From IMG/VR virus record IMGVR_UViG_3300027887_000006, positions 1 to 31,539 of that record: a stretch of DNA of 31,539 bases; one strand, given 5' to 3'. Position numbers and translations under genes: made by a program. Below the pieces are notes generated by a model. That model was given only the letters and a program-made list of their open reading frames with translations, was not told the origin of the DNA and did not search any database. The stretch is from a virus (taxonomy: Duplodnaviria; Caudoviricetes). Below, piece by piece: positions 8,321-15,981 of this stretch (positions are counted from its first letter, which is position 1; every line of letters starts with the position of its first letter).

Positions 8321-8650
8321 TCAGACAGCCGATTTCTTTGATTCAAGTCGAGAGACATCAGTGAATTGAGGATGAATGAAGATGATCCCCCCGACCTCAT
8401 GACCATGATTGACCCATTCTTGAATAGTGGTATAGACCACCTTTCCCGAATCAGTACATTCAAACCGAATCTCTTTGAGCCTTTCCCTGACAGCCGAGAG
8501 GATCACATATTTTTTGAGACCACATTCATCATCATTGATCCATTCATCGAGAATCTCTTGAGTGATTTTGTAGGTGAGGGTATAGTCCTCAACGAATCCG
8601 CACAGGTGATAGGTTTGAAGTTTTTTGTCGAAAAAAAGTAGCTTTCTCAT
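8321..8650 (-). CDS. 109-aa hypothetical protein
   Basis: ORF preceded by promoter TTGACC-N17-TACGAT (8691-8663). Confidence 0.75.
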   Translation of the reverse strand: MRKLLFFDKKLQTYHLCGFVEDYTLTYKITQEILDEWINDDECGLKKYVILSAVRERLKEIRFECTDSGKVVYTTIQEWVNHGHEVGGIIFIHPQFTDVSRLESKKSAV

Positions 8651-8659
8651 ATATCAATA

Positions 8660-8827
8660 TCAATCGTATATCACGATAATTGGTAGGTCAAACCTCTCGA
8701 CACAGAGGGGACAATGAAAAAAAAGAGTCCATCGATCCCCGACTTTTTTCCAGATCGGAATCGATTTGATATGGTTTTCAGGATCGATTGAATTATCGAC
8801 CCAGTGAGAATGATTATTTTTCACCAT
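8660..8827 (-). CDS. 55-aa protein with CPLC motif (not in ORF track)
   Basis: MVKNNHSHW...FFHCPLCVERFDLP; fills the gap and overlaps the end of the resolvase gene. Confidence 0.45.
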   Translation of the reverse strand: MVKNNHSHWVDNSIDPENHIKSIPIWKKVGDRWTLFFHCPLCVERFDLPIIVIYD

Positions 8828-9155
8828 AAGCCATTTTCAAAAGATTGATGAAATCATCGAGATCGACAGCCATGAGTATAGGTCGATTATTTGAGGAGAT
8901 AGCCAGTACAGGGATTCGATTCCCGATCCTCTGATTCCGACATTGATCCCACCAATCCCAGAGCCTCAATTTTTCTTGATTCTTACATTCAATCGAGAGC
9001 GGTAATTTTGAAAGATAGATATCCGAGGGTAATGACCATGAAGCCCCAGAGAGAGGCATCCTCATAGCCTTATCATCCAGACCAGATGATCGAATAGCCC
9101 TAGCGACTTTCAATTCGAGCCTCGATCCCTTTTTCTTTTGACCACCAGCTTTCAT
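8814..9155 (-). CDS. Hjc-like PD-(D/E)XK Holliday junction resolvase
   Basis: KGSRLELKVA...SGA...SDI...IECKNQEKL motifs. Confidence 0.8.
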   Translation of the reverse strand: MKAGGQKKKGSRLELKVARAIRSSGLDDKAMRMPLSGASWSLPSDIYLSKLPLSIECKNQEKLRLWDWWDQCRNQRIGNRIPVLAISSNNRPILMAVDLDDFINLLKMAYGEK

Positions 9156-9409
9156 TTTTTCTTAGCTTTCTTGAATGACTCCTCTTGAGCTTTCATATTC
9201 ATGACAGCGAATTGTTCCATTGAATTGACCAGACCATCAGCCATGAGATCATAGAGATGAGACATCTCAATTTTCCCCCGAGCCTCGATCATCAAAAGGG
9301 CACAGTCGAGTTTTGAATCGCACTCATGATCCATCCCGACAATGACATGATTATCTTGATGATCCAGCACATCGATATGGACAGTGTATCTCTTATTTGG
9401 TTTTTTCAT
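9152..9409 (-). CDS. Hypothetical protein; probable start MKKPNK at 9409
   Basis: RBS GAGGGGG before ATG 9409; ATGA overlap with the resolvase gene. Confidence 0.65.
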   Translation of the reverse strand: MKKPNKRYTVHIDVLDHQDNHVIVGMDHECDSKLDCALLMIEARGKIEMSHLYDLMADGLVNSMEQFAVMNMKAQEESFKKAKKK

Positions 9410-9815
9410 TTTCCCCCTCTTTCTTTTTTGAGACAGTGATTGAGACATAATCCGATTGACTTTGAATCACCCCATCAAGCTCATTCCCATCATTGATCAA
9501 CTTATTGATAACAGGTCTCATGTATTCAAGATCGAGAGTATAGACCAGCTCGACATCCCATTTCTTGAGATCAGCCTCGAGAGCTTTCTTATTCTCGACT
9601 TTGATATTGATCCTCTTTTTTCGAGCGATCAGATAGTCCTTAGTCTTGAGAGTCAAGACATCGAGTTTGTCCATCTCAATCAATAACTGGTCTTTGAGAG
9701 CCTTGAGTTTTGAGTCGATATCTTTTTGAAGCACCGACAGTTTGATGATCTGATTCGATATCTCGATAGGAGTGAGCGGATCAGAGGATTTCAGATTCGT
9801 TTTTTCGAGTTTCAT
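9393..9815 (-). CDS. Gp157/Gam-like coiled-coil protein; probable start 9815
   Basis: N-terminal coiled coil followed by short beta strands; lies near the ERF gene; RBS GAGGA. Confidence 0.55.
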   Translation of the reverse strand: MKLEKTNLKSSDPLTPIEISNQIIKLSVLQKDIDSKLKALKDQLLIEMDKLDVLTLKTKDYLIARKKRINIKVENKKALEADLKKWDVELVYTLDLEYMRPVINKLINDGNELDGVIQSQSDYVSITVSKKKEGENEKTK

Positions 9816-9975
9816 AATAGTCCTCACATTCTAATTGATAGCCACATTTTCGACATTGAAAGACCACCGATTCCGATTGACCATGACCATGAGGATAACT
9901 AGGATCAAACCAATCCGAGACCACCTCGACCAGCTCAAACTCATGATCTTGACCTTTCAATCTACAACTCGGCAT
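9781..9975 (-). CDS. 64-aa Zn-binding small protein; probable start MPSCRL at 9975
   Basis: C..H...CRKCG motif; start overlaps the end of the ERF gene. Confidence 0.55.
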   Translation of the reverse strand: MPSCRLKGQDHEFELVEVVSDWFDPSYPHGHGQSESVVFQCRKCGYQLECEDYYETRKNESEIL

Positions 9976-10546
9976 TCGGACAGCCTTTCTTGTGATATCT
10001 CCCGACAGCACCACAGACAGCACAAGCCCCAGGAGAGACCGAAGCCCGAGGGTTTTTGATCCAGTCAGGATCACCATCAGGATCAGGATTCGAGGGTGGA
10101 TTGACCTTTCTCGGGGGCATAGCAGTCTCGGCATCATCGTCCGAATCAGCCATAGTCAGAAGCGACTTGAGCGAGTATCTCCTAGCATAAGTCAGAGCCG
10201 ATCCTTGAGCTTGAGGATCATTCTCTCGAGCGGTAGTGATTTTCATTTTTGATGAGATAGCCTCACCATTCACATGAATAATAGTAGTACAGACATAGAC
10301 TCCCCCCTCATCCGATTCGATGGGTTGAAGCACGATCAGATTATTCTTATTCAGAGCTTTCTTACAAGCCTCGATTGAAGCCGAAAGCGAAGCATAATCC
10401 GATTTGTAGAAAGGATTTTTTTCATCCTTTTTGACCATCTCAATTTCAGTTTGAGCTTTCAATAGGTCTTTGAACATTTCTTGTCGATTGGTATATCGAA
10501 CCTGACTTGGATCGATAGCAGTCTCGACAGATTTTTCATCTGACAT
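9962..10546 (-). CDS. erf: ERF-family single-strand annealing protein with C-terminal Zn knuckle; probable start 10546
   Basis: KNPFYKSDYASL, QAQGSALTYARRYSL and DSDDDAE signatures; RBS GAGGAG. Confidence 0.9.
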   Translation of the reverse strand: MSDEKSVETAIDPSQVRYTNRQEMFKDLLKAQTEIEMVKKDEKNPFYKSDYASLSASIEACKKALNKNNLIVLQPIESDEGGVYVCTTIIHVNGEAISSKMKITTARENDPQAQGSALTYARRYSLKSLLTMADSDDDAETAMPPRKVNPPSNPDPDGDPDWIKNPRASVSPGACAVCGAVGRYHKKGCPNAEL

Positions 10547-10580
10547 ATAGAGGTTCTCCTCACTATTTTGATATATTTTG

Positions 10581-10609
10581 ATTCTACTTGGTATTGATAT
10601 CAATATCAA
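10581..10609 (-). promoter_or_regulatory. sigma70 promoter of erf with TATTGATATCAATA palindrome
   Basis: TTGATA-TTGATATCAATACCAAG(17)-TAGAAT. Confidence 0.75.
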
Positions 10610-10914
10610 GACTCTTCTCTTTGAAGCATTTGAGCGATCCCGATCACGACCTCTCTTTCAGTAGGAGATTCAGCCCGATAGAAAGAGCGATCATAGATAT
10701 TGACAGCCCGAGAGATATAATCAGCGACCCGATCATCAGCCGATTGATCATTCTTTTTGACGATCTCGACAATGAATCTCTGATTTGATACGACCTTTTT
10801 CATCTCAAAAATGACCCGATCCGAATCATCGACCAATCGGGAGAGGGTTTCCCACTCCCCCGAATTGGTCTTTTGATCAAGCTCTTTGAGAGTGATTTCT
10901 TTCATCCACATCAT
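10606..10914 (-). CDS. 102-aa hypothetical protein
   Basis: RBS AGGAGTGA; fits the gene tiling. Confidence 0.75.
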   Translation of the reverse strand: MMWMKEITLKELDQKTNSGEWETLSRLVDDSDRVIFEMKKVVSNQRFIVEIVKKNDQSADDRVADYISRAVNIYDRSFYRAESPTEREVVIGIAQMLQREES

Positions 10915-10926
10915 ATATTTTCACTC

Positions 10927-11343
10927 CTAGAAAATGAACTTTTTTGATTTCAATAGAGTCAATTCAGCTTGATGATTATCAAGATGTTCGACCATCATCG
11001 ATTCGATATGATCTAGTCTTTGAGCGATAACAGTGAGATCATTGAGATACTCATGATTGATCCTCTCTGACTTTCCCTCGACAGGATTTTCAATCTTGAT
11101 AGGCTCATCAGAGGGAGAATTGAGCTTTCCCTCTAGCTCGAGCCTTTCCTTATATCTCTCGAGATTGATCCTCTTATAATCCTCAATTGACCCATCCGAC
11201 AATTCGACAGTCTTGACCACAGTAGCCGAGCGACCAGTGATATCTTTGACCTTATTGGCACTGATCCCAGCCTCAAGCATGGTCTTGATCAGAGTGATTT
11301 CTTTCTGATTGACCCGATCTCTTTTTTCTTTATTTTCAGCCAT
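10927..11343 (-). CDS. HTH-containing protein (candidate regulator)
   Basis: IKTMLEAGISANKVKDITGRSATVV resembles an HTH; RBS GGGGGTGA. Confidence 0.65.
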   Translation of the reverse strand: MAENKEKRDRVNQKEITLIKTMLEAGISANKVKDITGRSATVVKTVELSDGSIEDYKRINLERYKERLELEGKLNSPSDEPIKIENPVEGKSERINHEYLNDLTVIAQRLDHIESMMVEHLDNHQAELTLLKSKKFIF

Positions 11344-11584
11344 AATTTTTCACCCCCGATCCAATTCGAAGCGACTCCTCAAGAGTCAATTTCTCTTCAT
11401 ATCTGATAGATTCTTTCAGCTCATCAATCCGACTTTCAGCCGATTTGACGAATGACCGATCCCCTCGATCCCAAGCCCCCTCGATCTCCTCTTCAATCAA
11501 TCCAATCTCCTCACGATAATCAGCGACATTTTTCAAGTGATTCTCGACCTTTTGAGAGCTTTCAATCATTTGATAACTATTCAT
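11336..11584 (-). CDS. 82-aa acidic coiled-coil protein
   Basis: RBS GGGGTGA; fits the gene tiling. Confidence 0.7.
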   Translation of the reverse strand: MNSYQMIESSQKVENHLKNVADYREEIGLIEEEIEGAWDRGDRSFVKSAESRIDELKESIRYEEKLTLEESLRIGSGVKNYG

Positions 11585-11597
11585 AATTCACCCCGAC

Positions 11598-11626
11598 AAA
11601 AATCCCCCAGCGAGATGCCGGGGGAT
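11598..11626 (-). terminator. Intrinsic terminator after the 67-aa gene
   Basis: AUCCCCCGGC-AUCUC-GCUGGGGGAU followed by a U tract; contains one CCCCGGCA octamer. Confidence 0.7.
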
Positions 11627-11635
11627 AGATTGATA

Positions 11636-11839
11636 TTATTGATCCCTACTTGATAAGCCATCGAGACAAGCCTCTTCAAACTTATTCCCATTGAACCGAT
11701 CATTGGTTTGACTCAATGAAGATTCAAACTTTGAAATCAGATCAGCATCAAGCCGATCCGATCCGATCCCCTCATCACGCCATTCACCGATTAGACGATT
11801 GATAGTAGAGGCGATCAACTCAAAATCTTTTTTGGTCAT
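11636..11839 (-). CDS. 67-aa small early phage protein (MTKKDFELIA...NDRFNGNKFEEAC)
   Basis: RBS AAAGGGGTGA; has its own promoter and terminator. Confidence 0.8.
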   Translation of the reverse strand: MTKKDFELIASTINRLIGEWRDEGIGSDRLDADLISKFESSLSQTNDRFNGNKFEEACLDGLSSRDQ

Positions 11840-11892
11840 TCGCTCTCACCCCTTTCTCAATTCAGCCCCGATTCACAGATCGAGACTATATA

Positions 11893-11936
11893 TTGATATC
11901 AAGAGGCATTTTCCCATAATATCGAGAAAGTGTCAA
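11893..11936 (-). promoter_or_regulatory. Early promoter TTGACA-N17-GAAAAT (extended TG) with TTGATATCAA box over the start site
   Basis: -35 at 11936-11931, -10 at 11913-11908, box at 11893-11902. Confidence 0.6.
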
Positions 11937-12021
11937 ACTTTCCGACATTTTCCGTCATTTCTCCCAGATAGCGACCCTCTGAAATCCGTCAAAAAAGGAT
12001 TTTCTCGATCTCACCCTATAA

Positions 12022-12516
12022 CTATATCCCCCCCTCAAGAGCCTTTTGAGCCATTCGCCACGATCTTTTTCTCTGATTGATCTTTTTCCGATTTTTCGAA
12101 TAGTATTTCCTTTGATAGTCCAGCCGATCCGAGTGGTTAGTGATCTCCCAGAGCTTTCTCAATTCCCGAGTCAGCCGAGTCCTATGACAGCCCCGACAGA
12201 TTTGAAGCGACTCCTCTCCCCGAATGATGATTCTCCCCCCGATCCGAGACCGACCACAGACCAGACAATCGATCCGACCTTTGATATAGGATTTCTTTGA
12301 GTCGAGATTCCGAGACCAAGCCGAAAGATTATAGCCACACGATTTCGAGCAAGTCCTTTTGGGAGATTTTCGAGTCCGATCCCGAATATAGATATTCATT
12401 CGCCACTGATAATAGTCTTTGACAGTGAGAGTGTTCCGATCAAAAAGCATGGGATATTTTTCTCGACAAGCCTCATCCAGCGACAGACCGCACATCTCAC
12501 AGTGCCAGTCATTCAT
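12022..12516 (-). CDS. Cys-rich basic protein (several CxxC pairs); probable start MNDWHC at 12516
   Basis: CEMC, CSKSC, CLVC and CRGC motifs with a basic C-terminus. Confidence 0.65.
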   Translation of the reverse strand: MNDWHCEMCGLSLDEACREKYPMLFDRNTLTVKDYYQWRMNIYIRDRTRKSPKRTCSKSCGYNLSAWSRNLDSKKSYIKGRIDCLVCGRSRIGGRIIIRGEESLQICRGCHRTRLTRELRKLWEITNHSDRLDYQRKYYSKNRKKINQRKRSWRMAQKALEGGI

Positions 12517-12718
12517 TCTCTTCTCTCCTACCTTGAAAATGATCCAGACATAATGAATCACCCTCGAACACGATTTCAGCCTCTTTGAAGCGACCCTCAA
12601 TGAAACAATCAACGCACCAATTTGAGACCGAGATCGATTTTTCAGGGAGTATAGAGAGATCACCCGAGAAAGAGTATTCAGGGAAGATTTGAGATGGTTT
12701 GATTTTTTTCGATTTCAT
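12509..12718 (-). CDS. Small Zn-finger protein; probable start MKSKK at 12718
   Basis: CVDC...LCLDH motif. Confidence 0.55.
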   Translation of the reverse strand: MKSKKIKPSQIFPEYSFSGDLSILPEKSISVSNWCVDCFIEGRFKEAEIVFEGDSLCLDHFQGRREENE

Positions 12719-13025
12719 ATCTTTCAAGGCATCACTTTGAATCGGCTCTATTGCCCCACCCCATTCATAATTCAAGACCATCCGCTCTATCTCTCCTCTC
12801 CCATCTATCCCCCTGATCATCTTCTCCCCCCCTCAATGATTTAGCCATTGAGAACTCGGGTATTCTCTCTTTCGAAAGAAAATAAAATCGGGCATCCGAT
12901 TTCAAAAAGATCAGTACGGATGAGTGGTCGAGTTTTTCAAGAGCCATGATGTAGACCTGTTACTTGGTTCACTCTTTCGAGTCGGTCTCCGCTTCATGTA
13001 GCGATCCATATCCCATTGATTTGAT

Positions 13026-13460
13026 TCAATGAAGAGATCGAGAATCGAGGGATTCCCGATCTTTTGCTTGAATGAAAACAGGGTTATATAAGACATTTGT
13101 TTTTGTAACCATGAAAGCCTGATCCCTTTTGACTCCTAGAAAGATCAATCTCCTCACTTGAGACGCTTTCTTATGGGTAAGATATCGGTTTTTGAAGTAG
13201 TAATGCCATAGCCTATGACAAGATGAACACAAAATCATGAGGTCTTTTTTCATCTCTCTACCGAGAAGAGACCCAGGATCAATTGGAATTGATAACCTTT
13301 TTCCAGATAACCTAGCCTCTTTTTCACCGATCCAATATCTTTTGTGATGAACCACAAGAGATTCTCTTGAATCACATATTTGACAATGATCACAGTCGGC
13401 TAATTTTTCTGATCTCAATTTTTTCCAATGATTCGATTGTAAATAGTTTTTGTAATCCAC
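13026..13460 (-). CDS. HNH endonuclease-family protein (GTG start)
   Basis: YLQSNHWKKLR, CQIC, LVVHHKRY and LCSSCHRLWH motifs. Confidence 0.85.
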   Translation of the reverse strand: MDYKNYLQSNHWKKLRSEKLADCDHCQICDSRESLVVHHKRYWIGEKEARLSGKRLSIPIDPGSLLGREMKKDLMILCSSCHRLWHYYFKNRYLTHKKASQVRRLIFLGVKRDQAFMVTKTNVLYNPVFIQAKDRESLDSRSLH

Positions 13461-13530
13461 AAAAAAATCCCTTCTTTCGGTGTGGTGCGAGTGTACGCCA
13501 TCTCATACACCACCGAAAAAAGAGATTCCT
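13461..13530 (-). ncRNA. Candidate ~70-nt hairpin RNA / attenuator directly upstream of the HNH start
   Basis: Long stem (GGAAUCUCUUUUUUCGGUG / CACCGAAAGAAGGGAUUUU; G-U pairs work only on the minus strand), loop AUGGCGUACA, U7 tail. The 3' arm contains the purine-rich RBS. Confidence 0.65.
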
Positions 13531-13537
13531 GGCGTAC

Positions 13538-13605
13538 ATTATATCACCGCACAGCACAGCATGTGAGCGTAATCAATATACACCCATGAACGGAGTCCGA
13601 GTCAA
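13538..13605 (-). promoter_or_regulatory. Tandem promoters: TTGACT-N19-TATATT (13605-13575) and extended -10 TGaTATAAT (13546-13538)
   Basis: Direct motif matches in the intergenic gap. Confidence 0.5.
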
Positions 13606-13841
13606 TCCTCATTTTTTCTTGACTCATCATCCAGCTCATCCCAGACCTCATTGATTGAATCAGCCCAGGGGAATCTCACCCACCAGGGCTTTTGAATCTT
13701 GAGAATCACATTGACAATTTTTTCCGATCCCGAAGCGACAGCATTGAGAAGAGATTGAGGAGTCCAGCACTCCCCATCTTCATTGTAAGGATTCTCACAA
13801 GACCGATCCAGACACTCATCACATTCGATTTTTTTGACCAT
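13602..13841 (-). CDS. 79-aa hypothetical protein with Cys cluster
   Basis: CDEC...C...C; RBS AAAGGA. Confidence 0.6.
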   Translation of the reverse strand: MVKKIECDECLDRSCENPYNEDGECWTPQSLLNAVASGSEKIVNVILKIQKPWWVRFPWADSINEVWDELDDESRKNED

Positions 13842-13971
13842 TCTTTTTCCTTTTGAAAAATCTTTGATGAGGTAATCTCGGGGGAATCTTCATTCGACTT
13901 TCAGCCCATATCAGATAGAGTGCTATTCCCACCATTAGCACGAATCCGATCAGTCCCAGCCACCATTTCAT
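13819..13971 (-). CDS. 50-aa single-TM basic protein (not in ORF track)
   Basis: MKWWLGLIGFVLMVGIALYLIWAESRMKIPPRLPHQRFFKRKK; follows the holin. Confidence 0.5.
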   Translation of the reverse strand: MKWWLGLIGFVLMVGIALYLIWAESRMKIPPRLPHQRFFKRKKNGQKNRM

Positions 13972-13981
13972 CCAGAGGGGA

Positions 13982-14242
13982 TCAGCCCCTCACGACATTT
14001 TGTAACCCAGATTTTTCATACCATAACTTGTAAATCATCTGGGATGAGATGAAAATGAGCGATCCGTTAGCGAGTATTTGATCGAAGCCATATTGAAGGT
14101 AGGCAAGAATCCCCCCAGCGACTAGCGAAAAAATGACAGCTACCAGAAATCTCAATTTCTCAACTTTGACGAAGCGATTGACCAGATCAATAAGAGGGGG
14201 CAATATAAGCCCGATCACGATCAATCCAATTTCTTGATTCAT
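13982..14242 (-). CDS. Putative holin (2-3 TM)
   Basis: Hydrophobic helices; downstream of the endolysin; RBS GAGGTGA. Confidence 0.75.
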   Translation of the reverse strand: MNQEIGLIVIGLILPPLIDLVNRFVKVEKLRFLVAVIFSLVAGGILAYLQYGFDQILANGSLIFISSQMIYKLWYEKSGLQNVVRG

Positions 14243-14376
14243 TTCAATTCACCTCGTTTCTTTTTCAGTTTTGATTCGAATAATAGAAAGCCTGTTTTCT
14301 TTCGAGGGACTTTCATTCTGATCCAGATTATCAGTATCTTGATCCGAGTGATAATTTTCATGATCAGAGTCCGAGA

Positions 14377-15201
14377 TCATTTTTCCTTTTTGAAAAAATC
14401 CCAGATTGTCTTTTTCTCGAGCTTATCGACTCTCAATTTCAATGATTCCAATTCAGCCGACAATACCTCACAGCAGTCAGGGACAGGATCGACCACAGGT
14501 GGGGCAGGAGTAGGTGGTACAGGAGTCGGTTCAGGAGTAGGGGGAATCGGTTGAGGAGTAGGATCAGGAGTTGCCGGGGGAGTAGGGACAGGGACTTGAT
14601 ATCCATATCTCATGAAAGCCAATTGATCACCAAAAAAGACATCCCCATCGGTTTTCGCAGGGATACCAGGGACAGTTTGAGCATTAGTCCATTGTTGAAT
14701 CGAAGCGAATGACCATGATCCAGTAGCGAAAGTATTGTTTCGAGGATCACCAGTATAGGCAGCGATCCACAGCCCGAACCCAGCATTTGAAACATTCGAC
14801 CAGTTGTAATTCTTGACCAGCGATTGATTCAGATAGATGAGCGGTTTGACATTGGTTTTCGAATAGACATGATTGAGCCAAGTCTTACACCAGCCGACCA
14901 CATCCCCAGTATAAGTATCTTCATAATCAAGACACAGCCATTCACCAGCTTGAAGAGTCCCGATCTTTGAGAGATAGAAATCAGCCTCACTTTCAGGGCT
15001 ATTCCCTTTCGATGGTCTAGCGAAGTGGTACGAACCATTCAAGAGACCGACTCTCCTAGCCTCTGATTGATTAGTTTTGAATTGAGAGTCGAGAAAGTTT
15101 ATTCCCTCGGTAGCTTTCGAGATAACAAAATTGGTGTTGTTCTTATACACATTGAAATCAATGATCCCCTGCCAGTGAGATATATCATTTCCGAGTAACA
15201 T
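14377..15201 (-). CDS. GH25 muramidase endolysin with Pro/Thr linker and C-terminal coiled coil
   Basis: GNDISHWQG, KATEG, GSYHFARP, LDYE, LWIAAY, QQWT and DGDVF motifs. Confidence 0.93.
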   Translation of the reverse strand: MLLGNDISHWQGIIDFNVYKNNTNFVISKATEGINFLDSQFKTNQSEARRVGLLNGSYHFARPSKGNSPESEADFYLSKIGTLQAGEWLCLDYEDTYTGDVVGWCKTWLNHVYSKTNVKPLIYLNQSLVKNYNWSNVSNAGFGLWIAAYTGDPRNNTFATGSWSFASIQQWTNAQTVPGIPAKTDGDVFFGDQLAFMRYGYQVPVPTPPATPDPTPQPIPPTPEPTPVPPTPAPPVVDPVPDCCEVLSAELESLKLRVDKLEKKTIWDFFKKEK

Positions 15202-15212
15202 ATTTGATCCCC

Positions 15213-15740
15213 CTATTGAATAATTTTGAATGGTTCAGATTCATAGACATAGGTCTTTTTTCTCAAGACATTGATTTGAAAGACATCGGTTGAGCGAGTA
15301 TGGCAAGTTGCCCCGATAGGTACATCATAAGGGATAGGATAAGCATCATTGACGATGAAATCGAACTCACCGACAGGGACATTCGAAGCCCTCGAGGGGA
15401 AGAGAAAATACTCTCCCGAATCACATAATATCGATGGATAGACAGTCGAGGGGACAGATTCATATTTTTTGATATGTATTTTGAGGATGAGCGACTCTCC
15501 CCTTTTGACCTCATGATTTTGATTCATGATTTTGATAGGTTGATCGACCTCTTGAATCTTAGTGGGGAAGATCATTAGTCCGATGATATGTATGATGATG
15601 AAAAATGCCACTCCTAGAGCCACCCACGATGCCACAGACAGGAGATTCACCCGATCCCGATGTCTGATAGCCATCCAAAAATAGACACCGAGAAAGAGTA
15701 TCAACGAAGCGACAAAAATCACGATCCACATCGAAGCCAT
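15213..15740 (-). CDS. Membrane protein (2 TM plus extracytoplasmic beta domain) in the lysis module
   Basis: Two N-terminal hydrophobic helices and two Cys residues. Confidence 0.7.
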   Translation of the reverse strand: MASMWIVIFVASLILFLGVYFWMAIRHRDRVNLLSVASWVALGVAFFIIIHIIGLMIFPTKIQEVDQPIKIMNQNHEVKRGESLILKIHIKKYESVPSTVYPSILCDSGEYFLFPSRASNVPVGEFDFIVNDAYPIPYDVPIGATCHTRSTDVFQINVLRKKTYVYESEPFKIIQ

Positions 15741-15980
15741 CTATCCCCCTTTATTGATCACGAATGAGAGCAACGCCCCGACCACAGCAGTTAGGATCAG
15801 AGCGACAATACCATAGACCAATTTTCTGATCGGATCGAACTCGGTCTGGGTAACAAACTTATCATCAAGTTTGTCAGAGATTTCATCGACCCGACCTTTC
15901 AGATAATCGACATCATTTTGAATCACAGCGATTTTGACCTCAAGTCCATTGTTAGATATATCAGGTTTGATCTGTTTCAT
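15741..15980 (-). CDS. Coiled-coil protein with C-terminal TM (XhlA/holin-like); probable start MKQIKP at 15980
   Basis: The ATG follows the stop of the Gly-rich gene; LVYGIVALILTAVVGALL is the TM segment. Confidence 0.7.
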   Translation of the reverse strand: MKQIKPDISNNGLEVKIAVIQNDVDYLKGRVDEISDKLDDKFVTQTEFDPIRKLVYGIVALILTAVVGALLSFVINKGG

Positions 15981-15981
15981 A

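Noticed and set aside
12765-13096. 60-aa and 61-aa minus-strand ORFs
   Set aside because: They overlap each other and their neighbours and have no clear RBS or motif. The region is more likely non-coding.
14239-14380. 40-43-aa ORFs between the lysin and the holin
   Set aside because: Two competing frames exist and neither can be supported over the other.
14480-14595. Repetitive GGAGT/GGGG tract as a DNA repeat array
   Set aside because: It encodes the Pro/Thr linker of the endolysin.
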